Below, one piece after another: positions 39,600 to 53,400 of a stretch of DNA of 64,000 nt. The DNA comes from Balanoglossus misakiensis (taxonomy: Eukaryota; Animalia; Hemichordata): assembly GCA_040954595.2 (NCBI GenBank), contig CM082585.2, forward strand, positions 1,068,814-1,132,813. Direction: 5' to 3'. Numbering within the stretch: position 1 is the first letter of the stretch; every line of letters starts with the position of its first letter. Below the pieces are notes generated by a model. It did not search any database. It saw nothing but the letters and a program-made list of their open reading frames with translations, and was not told the origin of the DNA. The position numbers and the translations under genes are program-made.

Positions 39600-39697
39600 G
39601 TTCATTGGTATTATCATCGCCGGAGGGAGTCTAATCAATATCTACAACAACGCCGCACCAGATAACAATATCAAAACCAGAGGGATGCTATCAATAG
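39600..39697 (+). other. Putative exon C2, or start of a terminal exon
   Basis: Acceptor cattctttttttcaatag. Homologous to C1 (gttc.ttggta....gc.ggagggagt.taat). Possible donor AG|gttagg. Confidence 0.45.
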
Positions 39698-39872
39698 GTT
39701 AGGCTAATAAAAATGGTTTAATCTGAGGGAATGGTAAAGGGTTGGTGTATGAATATGTTAGGGTAATAAAAAATGGTATAATCTAACGGAATGGTGAAGG
39801 GTTGGTGTATAAACAGGTTAGGCTAATAAAAATGGTATAATCTAATGAAATGGTGAAGGGTTGGTGTATGAT
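39696..39872. repeat. About three ~59-bp tandem units
   Basis: ggttaggctaataaaaatggtataatct...aatggtgaagggttggtgtat occurs three times. Confidence 0.85.
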
Positions 39873-40293
39873 GACTAATAAGACATTGTGCACAAGGGTA
39901 CTATAATAAAACTGTCTGCAAGGGTATAATATTATGGTTTCAAGGGTATGATAAGTAATTAAAATACTATAAAAACATGAGTAATGCCACGTGGTAAATA
40001 AAAACTGTACATGTACAGAGGGTAAATACCGGTATAATATATAAAGGTGTTAACATCAATGGTGTAATAATAAAAAAAATGGGTAACACATGGTTTTGGT
40101 GGTATAATAATAATAAAATGGTATTAACTTGATGGTATAAACATTATGGGATGTGTATAAACGGTGTTAATATTACAAAGGTATAATGATTAGTTGGGGT
40201 GTAATAATAAGAAATTTAAAATCATTGGGTAATTTATTAGTGTCAGGTTGGGTAAAATAATTGTTGCTATGCATTCGTGTAATAATTGTCTGC

Positions 40294-40490
40294 GGATTTT
40301 TTGCAGCGTTACCCGCGTTCGCGTTCTTCATTGCAGGTCGCTCGTCATGTAATGGAATTTCGCCGTGTGCCCGTTTGATTCGCCGATGGATTTTTTACAA
40401 CGTTACCCGCGTTCGCGTTCTTCATCGCAGTTGGATCGTCGTGTAATGGAATTTCGCCGTGTGCCCGTTTGATTCGCCGATGGATTTTTT
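40294..40490. repeat. Two CpG-rich ~94-bp tandem units
   Basis: cgttacccgcgttcgcgttcttcat...gtaatggaatttcgccgtgtgcccgtttgattcgccgatggattttt occurs twice. Confidence 0.85.
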
Positions 40491-41183
40491 GCTTTCGTCA
40501 TCGTAATTCCCGCATCAACACGAATCCTCAATCTCGCGTAACAACAATACATCAAAATGTACACAGAAAAATAGGAGTCGGCAAGACAATTCTGGTTAGT
40601 TTGAGCCCCAACCTTTTAAAATTCACAACGGGGGAGGGGGCAGTTTTTCCTCATTTTATATTTGGCTCGAGGTTTTTAACTGTCCCCAGGCGCGTAAAGT
40701 TAGTTAGTTTATCACACAGTATGTAATTATCTTGCTTGATTTAAAAAAACACTAAAATTGTATGGGGGAGCTTCTTGCGATTTGCACTTAAGAAACTGAT
40801 GGTTTGTACCCATAGATAATATTTAGTATTAAGCACATAATTGCCTGGAAATAAAAATTAACTCAAGGGTAGAATGCAACAGTTAATTTTGTGCAATATC
40901 AACAGGAGCTATTTTGGCACATTATTTCAGTTTGATAAACACTGTTTTTGCTCATTGTTTCATTTCGACCACATTATTTCAGTTTGATAAACACTGTTTT
41001 TGCTTATTGTTTCATTTCAACCACTTTTGTCACCTTGTTTTAAATTGAATGCAAGCATTGTTTCTGTTTGACCACTACTTGGGGTAATTGTTCCAAATTG
41101 GTATGCAAGATATTTTACATCAGCAGTTAGCCATCTAGCCACACTTTAGCTGCACAGCATATGAAAAATAATGAAATTCATGC

Positions 41184-41251
41184 AAAAAGCAAAAAAGTAT
41201 TATGGGTATAATGCCATTGCAGCATTGGCGGTTCGACTCCGTCGATACTTA
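41184..41251 (+). ncRNA. Candidate mascRNA-like tRNA mimic (41195-41251) directly preceded by an AAAAAGCAAAA tract
   Basis: 7-bp acceptor stem AAGTATT/GATACTT, reduced D region ATGGGTAT, stem AATGC/GCATT with a 7-nt loop, canonical T arm GGCGG-TTCGACT-CCGTC, no variable loop. Confidence 0.4.
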
Positions 41252-41434
41252 CTTTGAAGCATAAGTCTTCATTATTTTTCATATGTAATAAATAAAACTC
41301 TTCCAAATTCATATCTTTGTTTTAAGTTTGTGCTTTTGCTTCAGTTAGGGGGCCCACATTTACCAAACCTGTCTTGCCATCTTTTCACATTTCTTCAAAT
41401 ATGCAGCGCCAGCGGTAGGCAGTATTTAATCAAA

Positions 41435-44400
41435 TTGACCCACAAATCACTCAAAATTAATAGGCAGGATACTGTCCACTCTGGCCTGGTTACTGTCTGG
41501 CCTGCTTAATGTTGACGCAAAGGTTGACCCCACCAAACACTCAAAATTAATAGGCAGCATACTGGCCACTCTGGCCTAGTTAATGTTGACGCAAAGGTTG
41601 ACCCCCACCAAACACTCAAAATTAATGGGCACGATACTGGCCACTCTGGCCTAGTTAATGTTGACGCAAAGGTTGACCCCACCAAACACTCAAAATCAAT
41701 GGGCAGCATACTGTCCACTATGGCCTGGTTACTGTGTGCTCTGGTTAATGTTGACGCAAAGGTTGACCCCACCAAACACTCAAAATTAATGGGCAGCACA
41801 CTGTCCACTACGGCCTGGTTACTGTGTGCTCTGGTTAATGTTGATGCAAAGGTTGACCCCACCAAACACTCAAAATTAATGGGCAGAACACTGTCCACTA
41901 TGGCCTGGTTACTGTGTGCTCTGGTTAATGTTGATGCAAAGGTTGACCCCACCAAACACTCAAAATTAATGGGCAGGATACTGGCCACTCTGGCCTAGTT
42001 AATGTTGACGCAAAGGTTGACCCCCACCAAACACTCAAAATTAATGGGCACGATACTGGCCACTCTGGCCTAGTTAATGTTGACGCAAAGGTTGACCCCA
42101 CCAAACACTCAAAATTAATGGGCAGCACACTGTCCACTACGGCCTGGTTACTGTGTGCTCTGGTTAATGTTGATGCAAAGGTTGACCCCACCAAACACTC
42201 AAAATTAATGGGAAGAACACTGTCCACTATGGCCTGGTTACTGTGTGCTCTGGTTAATGTTGATGCAAAGGTTGACCCCACCAAACACTCAAAATTAATG
42301 GGAAGAACACTGTCCACTATGGCCTGGTTACTGTGTGCTCTGGTTAATGTTGATGCAAAGGTTGACCCCACCAAACACTCAAAATTAATGGGCAGGATAC
42401 TGGCCACTCTGGCCTAGTTAATGTTGACGCAAAGGTTGACCCCCACCAAACACTCAAAATTAATGGGCACGATACTGGCCACTCTGGTCTAGTTAATGTT
42501 GACGCAAAGGTTGACCCCCACGAAACACTCAAAATTAATGGGCACGATACTGGCCACTCTGGCCTAGTTAATGTTGACGCAAAGGTTGACCCCACCAAAC
42601 ACTCAAAATCAATGGGCAGCATACTGTCCACTATGGCCTGGTTACTGTGTGCTCTGGTTAATGTTGACGCAAAGGTTGACCCCACCAAACACTCAAAATT
42701 AATGGGCAGCACACTGTCCACTACGGCCTGGTTACTGTGTGCTCTGGTTAATGTTGATGCAAAGGTTGACCCCACCAAACACTCAAAATTAATGGGCAGA
42801 ACACTGTCCACTATGGCCTGGTTACTGTGTGCTCTGGTTAATGTTGATGCAAAGGTTGACCCCACCAAACACTCAAAATTAATGGGCAGGATACTGGCCA
42901 CTCTGGCCTAGTTAATGTTGACGCAAAGGTTGACCCCCACCAAACACTCAAAATTAATGGGCACGATACTGGCCACTCTGGCCTAGTTAATGTTGACGCA
43001 AAGGTTGACCCCACCAAACACTCAAAATTAATGGGCAGCACACTGTCCACTACGGCCTGGTTACTGTGTGCTCTGGTTAATGTTGATGCAAAGGTTGACC
43101 CCACCAAACACTCAAAATTAATGGGAAGAACACTGTCCACTATGGCCTGGTTACTGTGTGCTCTGGTTAATGTTGATGCAAAGGTTGACCCCACCAAACA
43201 CTCAAAATTAATGGGCAGGATACTGGCCACTCTGGCCTAGTTAATGTTGACGCAAAGGTTGACCCCCACCAAACACTCAAAATTAATGGGCACGATACTG
43301 GCCACTCTGGCCTAGTTAATGTTGACGCAAAGGTTGACCCCCACGAAACACTCAAAATTAATGGGCACGATACTGGCCACTCTGGCCTAGTTAATGTTGA
43401 CGCAAAGGTTGACCCCACCAAACACTCAAAATTAATGGGCAGCACACTGTCCACTACGGCCTGGTTACTGTGTGCTCTGGTTAATGTTGACGCAAAGGTT
43501 GACCCCACCAAACACTCAAAATTAATGGGCAGAACACTGTCCACTATGGCCTGGTTACTGTGTGCTCTGGTTAATGTTGACGCAAAGGTTGACCCCACCA
43601 AACACTCAAAATTAATGGGCAGAACACTGTCCACTACGGCCTGGTTATTGTGTGCTCTGGTTAATGTTGACGCAAAGGTTGACCCCACCAAACACTCAAA
43701 ATCAATGGGCAGCATACTGTCCACTATGGCCTGGTTACTGTGTGCTCTGGTTAATGTTGACGCAAAGGTTGACCCCACCAAACACTCAAAATCAATGGGC
43801 AGAACACTGTCCACTATGGCCTGGTTACTGTGTGCTCTGGTTAATGTTGACGCAAAGGTTGACCCCACCAAACACTCAAAATTAATGGGCAGCACACTGT
43901 CCACTATGGCCTGGTTACTGTGTGCTCTGGTTAATGTTGACGCAAAGGTTGACCCCACCAAACACTCAAAATTAATGGGCAGAACACTGTCCACTACGGC
44001 CTGGTTACTGTGTGGTCTGGTTAATGTTGACGCAAAGGTTGACCCCACCAAACACTCAAAATTAATGGGCAGAACACTGTCCACTATGGCCTGGTTACTG
44101 TGTGCTCTGGTTAATGTTGACGCAAAGGTTGACCCCACCAAACACTCAAAATTAATGGGCAGAACACTGTCCACTACGGCCTGGTTACTGTGTGCTCTGG
44201 TTAATGTTGACGCAAAGGTTGACCCCACCAAACACTCAAAATTAATGGGCAGAACACTGTCCACTATGGCCTGGTTACTGTGTGCTCTGGTTAATGTTGA
44301 CGCAAAGGTTGACCCCACCAAACACTCAAAATTAATGGGCAGCACACTGTCCACTATGGCCTGGTTACTGTGTGCTCTGGTTAATGTTGACGCAAAGGTT

Positions 44401-47400
44401 GACCCCACCAAACACTCAAAATTAATGGGCAGCACACTGTCCACTATGGCCTGGTTACTGTGTGCTCTGGTTAATGTTGACGCAAAGGTTGACCCCACCA
44501 AACACTCAAAATTAATGGGCAGAACACTGTCCACTACGGCCTGGTTACTGTGTGCTCTGGTTAATGTTGACGCAAAGGTTGACCCCCACCACACACTCAA
44601 AATTAATGGGCACGATACTGGCCACTCTGGCCTAGTTAATGTTGACGCAAAGGTTGACCCCACCAAACACTCAAAATTAATGGGCACGATACTGGCCACT
44701 CTGGCCTAGTTAATGTTGACGCAAAGGTTGACCCCACCAAACACTCAAAATTAATGGGCACGATACTGGCCACTCTGGCCTAGTTAATGTTGACGGAAAG
44801 GTTGACCCCACCAAACACTCAAAATTAATGGGCACGATACTGGCCACTCTGGCCTAGTTAATGTTGACGCAAAGGTTGACCCCACCTAACACTCAAAATT
44901 AATGGGCAGAACACTGTCCACTATGGCCTGGTTACTCTGTGCTCTGGTTAATGTTGACGCAAAGGTTGACCCCACCAAACACTCAAAATTAATGGGCAGC
45001 ACACTGTCCACTATGGCCTGGTTACTGTGTGCTCTGGTTAATGTTGACGCAAAGGTTGACCACACCAAACACTCAAAATTAATGGGCAGAACACTGTCCA
45101 CTACGGCCTGGTTACTGTGTGCTCTGGTTAATGTTGACGCAAAGGTTGACCCCACCAAACACTCAAAATTAATGGGCAGCACACTGTCCACTATGGCCTG
45201 GTTACTGTGTGCTCTGGTTAATGTTGACGCAAAGGTTGACCCCACCAAACACTCAAAATTAATGGGCAGGATACTGTCCACTACGGCCTGGTTACTGTGT
45301 GCTCTGGTTAATGTTGACGCAAAGGTTGACCCCACCAAACACTCAAAATTAATGGGCAGAACACTGTCCACTACGGCCTGGTTACTGTGTGCTCTGGTTA
45401 ATGTTGACGCAAAGGTTGACCCCACCAAACACTCAAAATTAATGGGCAGAACACTGTCCACTATGGCCTGGTTACTGTGTGCTCTGGTTAATGTTGACGC
45501 AAAGGTTGACCCCACCAAACACTCAAAATTAATGGGCAGCACACTGTCCACTATGGCCTGGTTACTGTGTGCTCTGGTTAATGTTGACGCAAAGGTTGAC
45601 CCCACCAAACACTCAAAATTAATGGGCAGAACACTGTCCACTACGGCCTGGTTACTGTGTGCTCTGGTTAATGTTGACGCAAAGGTTGACCCCACCAAAC
45701 ACTCAAAATTAATGGGCAGAACACTGTCCACTAAGGCCTGGTTACTGTGTGCTCTGGTTAATGTTGACGCAAAGGTTGACCCCACCAAACACTCAAAATT
45801 AATGGGCAGAACACTGTCCACTACGGCCTGGTTACTGTGTGCTCTGGTTAATGTTGACGCAAAGGTTGACCCCACCAAACACTCAAAATTAATGGGCAGA
45901 ACACTGTCCACTACGGCCTGGTTACTGTGTGCTCTGGTTAATGTTGACGCAAAGGTTGACCCCACCAAACACTCAAAATTAATGGGCAGAACACTGTCCA
46001 CTACGGCCTGGTTACTGTGTGCTCTGGTTAATGTTGACACAAAGGTTGACCCCACCAAACACTCAAAATTAATGGGCAGAATACTGTCCACTATGGCCTG
46101 GTTACTGTGTGCTCTGGTTAATGTTGACGCAAAGGTTGACCCCACCAAACACTCAAAATTAATGGGCAGAACACTGTCCACTACGGCCTGGTTACTGTGT
46201 GCTCTGGTTAATGTTGACGCAAAGGTTGACCCCACCAAACACTCAAAATTAATGGGCAGCACACTGTCCACTATGGCCTGGTTACTGTGTGCTCTGGTTA
46301 ATGTTGACGCAAAGGTTGACCCCACCAAACACTCAAAATTAATGGGCAGAACACTGTCCACTACGGCCTGGTTACTGTGTGCTCTGGTTAATGTTGACGC
46401 AAAGGTTGACCCCACCAAACACTCAAAATTAATGGGCAGAACACTGTCCACTATGGCCTGGTTACTGTGTGCTCTGGTTAATGTTGACGCAAAGGTTGAC
46501 CCCACCAAACACTCAAAATTAATGGGCAGAACACTGTCCACTACGGCCTGGTTACTGTGTGCTCTGGTTAATGTTGACGCAAAGGTTGACCCCACCAAAC
46601 ACTCAAAATTAATGGGCAGAACACTGTCCACTATGGCCTGGTTACTGTGTGCTCTGGTTAATGTTGACGCAAAGGTTGACCCCACCAAACACTCAAAATT
46701 AATGGGCAGCACACTGTCCACTATGGCCTGGTTACTGTGTGCTCTGGTTAATGTTGACGCAAAGGTTGACCCCACCAAACACTCAAAATTAATGGGCAGA
46801 ACACTGTCCACTACGGCCTGGTTACTGTGTGCTCTGGTTAATGTTGACGCAAAGGTTGACCCCCACCAAACACTCAAAATTTATGGGCACGATACTGGCC
46901 ACTCTGGCCTAGTTAATGTTGACGCAAAGGTTGACCCCACCAAACACTCAAAATTAATGGGCACGATACTGGCCACTCTGGCCTAGTTAATGTTGACGCA
47001 AAGGTTGACCCCACCTAACACTCAAAATTAATGGGCAGAACACTGTCCACTATGGCCTGGTTACTCTGTGCTCTGGTTAATGTTGACGCAATGGTTGACC
47101 CCACCAAACACTCAAAATTAATGGGCAGAACACTGTCCACTACGGCCTGGTTACTGTGTGCTCTGGTTAATGTTGACGCAAAGGTTGACCCCACCAAACA
47201 CTCAAAATTAATGGGCAGCACACTGTCCACTATGGCCTGGTTACTGTGTGCTCTGGTTAATGTTGACGCAAAGGTTGACCCCACCAAACACTCAAAATTA
47301 ATGGGCAGGATACTGTCCACTACGGCCTGGTTACTGTGTGCTCTGGTTAATGTTGACGCAAAGGTTGACCCCACCAAACACTCAAAATTAATGGGCAGAA

Positions 47401-50400
47401 CACTGTCCACTACGGCCTGGTTAATGTGTGCTCTGGTTAATGTTGACGCAAAGGTTGACCCCACCAAACACTCAAAATTAATGGGCAGAACACTGTCCAC
47501 TATGGCCTGGTTACTGTGTGCTCTGGTTAATGTTGACGCAAAGGTTGACCCCACCAAACACTCAAAATTAATGGGCAGCACACTGTCCACTATGGCCTGG
47601 TTACTGTGTGCTCTGGTTAATGTTGACGCAAAGGTTGACCCCACCAAACACTCAAAATTAATGGGCAGAACACTGTCCACTACGGCCTGGTTACTGTGTG
47701 CTCTGGTTAATGTTGACGCAAAGGTTGACCCCACCAAACACTCAAAATTAATGGGCAGAACACTGTCCACTAAGGCCTGGTTACTGTGTGCTCTGGTTAA
47801 TGTTGACGCAAAGGTTGACCCCACCAAACACTCAAAATTAATGGGCAGAACACTGTCCACTACGGCCTGGTTACTGTGTGCTCTGGTTAATGTTGACGCA
47901 AAGGTTGACCCCACCAAACACTCAAAATTAATGGGCAGAACACTGTCCACTACGGCCTGGTTACTGTGTGCTCTGGTTAATGTTGACGCAAAGGTTGACC
48001 CCACCAAACACTCAAAATTAATGGGCAGAACACTGTCCACTACGGCCTGGTTACTGTGTGCTCTGGTTAATGTTGACACAAAGGTTGACCCCACCAAACA
48101 CTCAAAATTAATGGGCAGAATACTGTCCACTATGGCCTGGTTACTGTGTGCTCTGGTTAATGTTGACGCAAAGGTTGACCCCACCAAACACTCAAAATTA
48201 ATGGGCAGAACACTGTCCACTACGGCCTGGTTATTGTGTGCTCTGGTTAATGTTGACGCAAAGGTTGACCCCACCAAACACTCAAAATCAATGGGCAGCA
48301 TACTGTCCACTATGGCCTGGTTACTGTGTGCTCTGGTTAATGTTGACGCAAAGGTTGACCCCACCAAACACTCAAAATCAATGGGCAGAACACTGTCCAC
48401 TATGGCCTGGTTACTGTGTGCTCTGGTTAATGTTGACGCAAAGGTTGACCCCACCAAACACTCAAAATTAATGGGCAGCACACTGTCCACTATGGCCTGG
48501 TTACTGTGTGCTCTGGTTAATGTTGACGCAAAGGTTGACCCCACCAAACACTCAAAATTAATGGGCAGAACACTGTCCACTACGGCCTGGTTACTGTGTG
48601 GTCTGGTTAATGTTGACGCAAAGGTTGACCCCACCAAACACTCAAAATTAATGGGCAGAACACTGTCCACTATGGCCTGGTTACTGTGTGCTCTGGTTAA
48701 TGTTGACGCAAAGGTTGACCCCACCAAACACTCAAAATTAATGGGCAGAACACTGTCCACTACGGCCTGGTTACTGTGTGCTCTGGTTAATGTTGACGCA
48801 AAGGTTGACCCCACCAAACACTCAAAATTAATGGGCAGAACACTGTCCACTATGGCCTGGTTACTGTGTGCTCTGGTTAATGTTGACGCAAAGGTTGACC
48901 CCACCAAACACTCAAAATTAATGGGCAGCACACTGTCCACTATGGCCTGGTTACTGTGTGCTCTGGTTAATGTTGACGCAAAGGTTGACCCCACCAAACA
49001 CTCAAAATTAATGGGCAGCACACTGTCCACTATGGCCTGGTTACTGTGTGCTCTGGTTAATGTTGACGCAAAGGTTGACCCCACCAAACACTCAAAATTA
49101 ATGGGCAGAACACTGTCCACTACGGCCTGGTTACTGTGTGCTCTGGTTAATGTTGACGCAAAGGTTGACCCCCACCACACACTCAAAATTAATGGGCACG
49201 ATACTGGCCACTCTGGCCTAGTTAATGTTGACGCAAAGGTTGACCCCACCAAACACTCAAAATTAATGGGCACGATACTGGCCACTCTGGCCTAGTTAAT
49301 GTTGACGCAAAGGTTGACCCCACCAAACACTCAAAATTAATGGGCACGATACTGGCCACTCTGGCCTAGTTAATGTTGACGGAAAGGTTGACCCCACCAA
49401 ACACTCAAAATTAATGGGCACGATACTGGCCACTCTGGCCTAGTTAATGTTGACGCAAAGGTTGACCCCACCTAACACTCAAAATTAATGGGCAGAACAC
49501 TGTCCACTATGGCCTGGTTACTCTGTGCTCTGGTTAATGTTGACGCAAAGGTTGACCCCACCAAACACTCAAAATTAATGGGCAGCACACTGTCCACTAT
49601 GGCCTGGTTACTGTGTGCTCTGGTTAATGTTGACGCAAAGGTTGACCACACCAAACACTCAAAATTAATGGGCAGAACACTGTCCACTACGGCCTGGTTA
49701 CTGTGTGCTCTGGTTAATGTTGACGCAAAGGTTGACCCCACCAAACACTCAAAATTAATGGGCAGCACACTGTCCACTATGGCCTGGTTACTGTGTGCTC
49801 TGGTTAATGTTGACGCAAAGGTTGACCCCACCAAACACTCAAAATTAATGGGCAGGATACTGTCCACTACGGCCTGGTTACTGTGTGCTCTGGTTAATGT
49901 TGACGCAAAGGTTGACCCCACCAAACACTCAAAATTAATGGGCAGAACACTGTCCACTACGGCCTGGTTACTGTGTGCTCTGGTTAATGTTGACGCAAAG
50001 GTTGACCCCACCAAACACTCAAAATTAATGGGCAGAACACTGTCCACTATGGCCTGGTTACTGTGTGCTCTGGTTAATGTTGACGCAAAGGTTGACCCCA
50101 CCAAACACTCAAAATTAATGGGCAGCACACTGTCCACTATGGCCTGGTTACTGTGTGCTCTGGTTAATGTTGACGCAAAGGTTGACCCCACCAAACACTC
50201 AAAATTAATGGGCAGAACACTGTCCACTACGGCCTGGTTACTGTGTGCTCTGGTTAATGTTGACGCAAAGGTTGACCCCACCAAACACTCAAAATTAATG
50301 GGCAGAACACTGTCCACTAAGGCCTGGTTACTGTGTGCTCTGGTTAATGTTGACGCAAAGGTTGACCCCACCAAACACTCAAAATTAATGGGCAGAACAC

Positions 50401-53400
50401 TGTCCACTACGGCCTGGTTACTGTGTGCTCTGGTTAATGTTGACGCAAAGGTTGACCCCACCAAACACTCAAAATTAATGGGCAGAACACTGTCCACTAC
50501 GGCCTGGTTACTGTGTGCTCTGGTTAATGTTGACGCAAAGGTTGACCCCACCAAACACTCAAAATTAATGGGCAGAACACTGTCCACTACGGCCTGGTTA
50601 CTGTGTGCTCTGGTTAATGTTGACACAAAGGTTGACCCCACCAAACACTCAAAATTAATGGGCAGAATACTGTCCACTATGGCCTGGTTACTGTGTGCTC
50701 TGGTTAATGTTGACGCAAAGGTTGACCCCACCAAACACTCAAAATTAATGGGCAGAACACTGTCCACTACGGCCTGGTTACTGTGTGCTCTGGTTAATGT
50801 TGACGCAAAGGTTGACCCCACCAAACACTCAAAATTAATGGGCAGCACACTGTCCACTATGGCCTGGTTACTGTGTGCTCTGGTTAATGTTGACGCAAAG
50901 GTTGACCCCACCAAACACTCAAAATTAATGGGCAGAACACTGTCCACTATGGCCTGGTTACTGTGTGCTCTGGTTAATGTTGACGCAAAGGTTGACCCCA
51001 CCAAACACTCAAAATTAATGGGCAGAACACTGTCCACTACGGCCTGGTTACTGTGTGCTCTGGTTAATGTTGACGCAAAGGTTGACCCCACCAAACACTC
51101 AAAATTAATGGGCAGAACACTGTCCACTATGGCCTGGTTACTGTGTGCTCTGGTTAATGTTGACGCAAAGGTTGACCCCACCAAACACTCAAAATTAATG
51201 GGCAGCACACTGTCCACTATGGCCTGGTTACTGTGTGCTCTGGTTAATGTTGACGCAAAGGTTGACCCCACCAAACACTCAAAATTAATGGGCAGAACAC
51301 TGTCCACTACGGCCTGGTTACTGTGTGCTCTGGTTAATGTTGACGCAAAGGTTGACCCCCACCAAACACTCAAAATTTATGGGCACGATACTGGCCACTC
51401 TGGCCTAGTTAATGTTGACGCAAAGGTTGACCCCACCAAACACTCAAAATTAATGGGCACGATACTGGCCACTCTGGCCTAGTTAATGTTGACGCAAAGG
51501 TTGACCCCACCTAACACTCAAAATTAATGGGCAGAACACTGTCCACTATGGCCTGGTTACTCTGTGCTCTGGTTAATGTTGATGCAATGGTTGACCCCAC
51601 CAAACACTCAAAATTAATGGGCAGAACACTGTCCACTACGGCCTGGTTACTGTGTGCTCTGGTTAATGTTGACGCAAAGGTTGACCCCACCAAACACTCA
51701 AAATTAATGGGCAGCACACTGTCCACTATGGCCTGGTTACTGTGTGCTCTGGTTAATGTTGACGCAAAGGTTGACCCCACCAAACACTCAAAATTAATGG
51801 GCAGGATACTGTCCACTACGGCCTGGTTACTGTGTGCTCTGGTTAATGTTGACGCAAAGGTTGACCCCACCAAACACTCAAAATTAATGGGCAGAACACT
51901 GTCCACTACGGCCTGGTTAATGTGTGCTCTGGTTAATGTTGACGCAAAGGTTGACCCCACCAAACACTCAAAATTAATGGGCAGAACACTGTCCACTATG
52001 GCCTGGTTACTGTGTGCTCTGGTTAATGTTGACGCAAAGGTTGACCCCACCAAACACTCAAAATTAATGGGCAGCACACTGTCCACTATGGCCTGGTTAC
52101 TGTGTGCTCTGGTTAATGTTGACGCAAAGGTTGACCCCACCAAACACTCAAAATTAATGGGCAGAACACTGTCCACTACGGCCTGGTTACTGTGTGCTCT
52201 GGTTAATGTTGACGCAAAGGTTGACCCCACCAAACACTCAAAATTAATGGGCAGAACACTGTCCACTAAGGCCTGGTTACTGTGTGCTCTGGTTAATGTT
52301 GACGCAAAGGTTGACCCCACCAAACACTCAAAATTAATGGGCAGAACACTGTCCACTACGGCCTGGTTACTGTGTGCTCTGGTTAATGTTGACGCAAAGG
52401 TTGACCCCACCAAACACTCAAAATTAATGGGCAGAACACTGTCCACTACGGCCTGGTTACTGTGTGCTCTGGTTAATGTTGACGCAAAGGTTGACCCCAC
52501 CAAACACTCAAAATTAATGGGCAGAACACTGTCCACTACGGCCTGGTTACTGTGTGCTCTGGTTAATGTTGACACAAAGGTTGACCCCACCAAACACTCA
52601 AAATTAATGGGCAGAATACTGTCCACTATGGCCTGGTTACTGTGTGCTCTGGTTAATGTTGACGCAAAGGTTGACCCCACCAAACACTCAAAATTAATGG
52701 GCAGAACACTGTCCACTACGGCCTGGTTACTGTGTGCTCTGGTTAATGTTGACGCAAAGGTTGACCCCACCAAACACTCAAAATTAATGGGCAGAACACT
52801 GTCCACTATGGCCTGGTTACTGTGTGCTCTGGTTAATGTTGACGCAAAGGTTGACCCCACCAAACACTCAAAATTAATGGGCAGAACACTGTCCACTACG
52901 ACCTGGTTACTGTGTGCTCTGGTTAATGTTGACGCAAAGGTTGACCCCACCAAACACTCAAAATTAATGGGCAGCACACTGTCCACTACGGCCTGGTTAC
53001 TGTGTGCTCTGGTTAATGTTGACGCAAAGGTTGACCCCACCAAACACTCAAAATTAATGGGCAGAACACTGTCCACTACGGCCTGGTTACTGTGTGCTCT
53101 GGTTAATGTTGACGCAAAGGTTGACCCCACCAAACACTCAAAATTAATGGGCAGAACACTGTCCACTATGGCCTGGTTACTGTGTGCTCTGGTTAATGTT
53201 GACGCAAAGGTTGACCCCACCAAACACTCAAAATTAATGGGCAGAACACTGTCCACTACGGCCTGGTTACTGTGTGCTCTGGTTAATGTTGACGCAAAGG
53301 TTGACCCCACCAAACACTCAAAATTAATGGGCAGAACACTGTCCACTATGGCCTGGTTACTGTGTGCTCTGGTTAATGTTGACGCAAAGGTTGACCCCAC

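Noticed and set aside
41195-41251. Functional canonical tRNA gene (TTG anticodon)
   Set aside because: No proper D arm or A box, no U33, no variable loop. Kept only as a tRNA mimic candidate.
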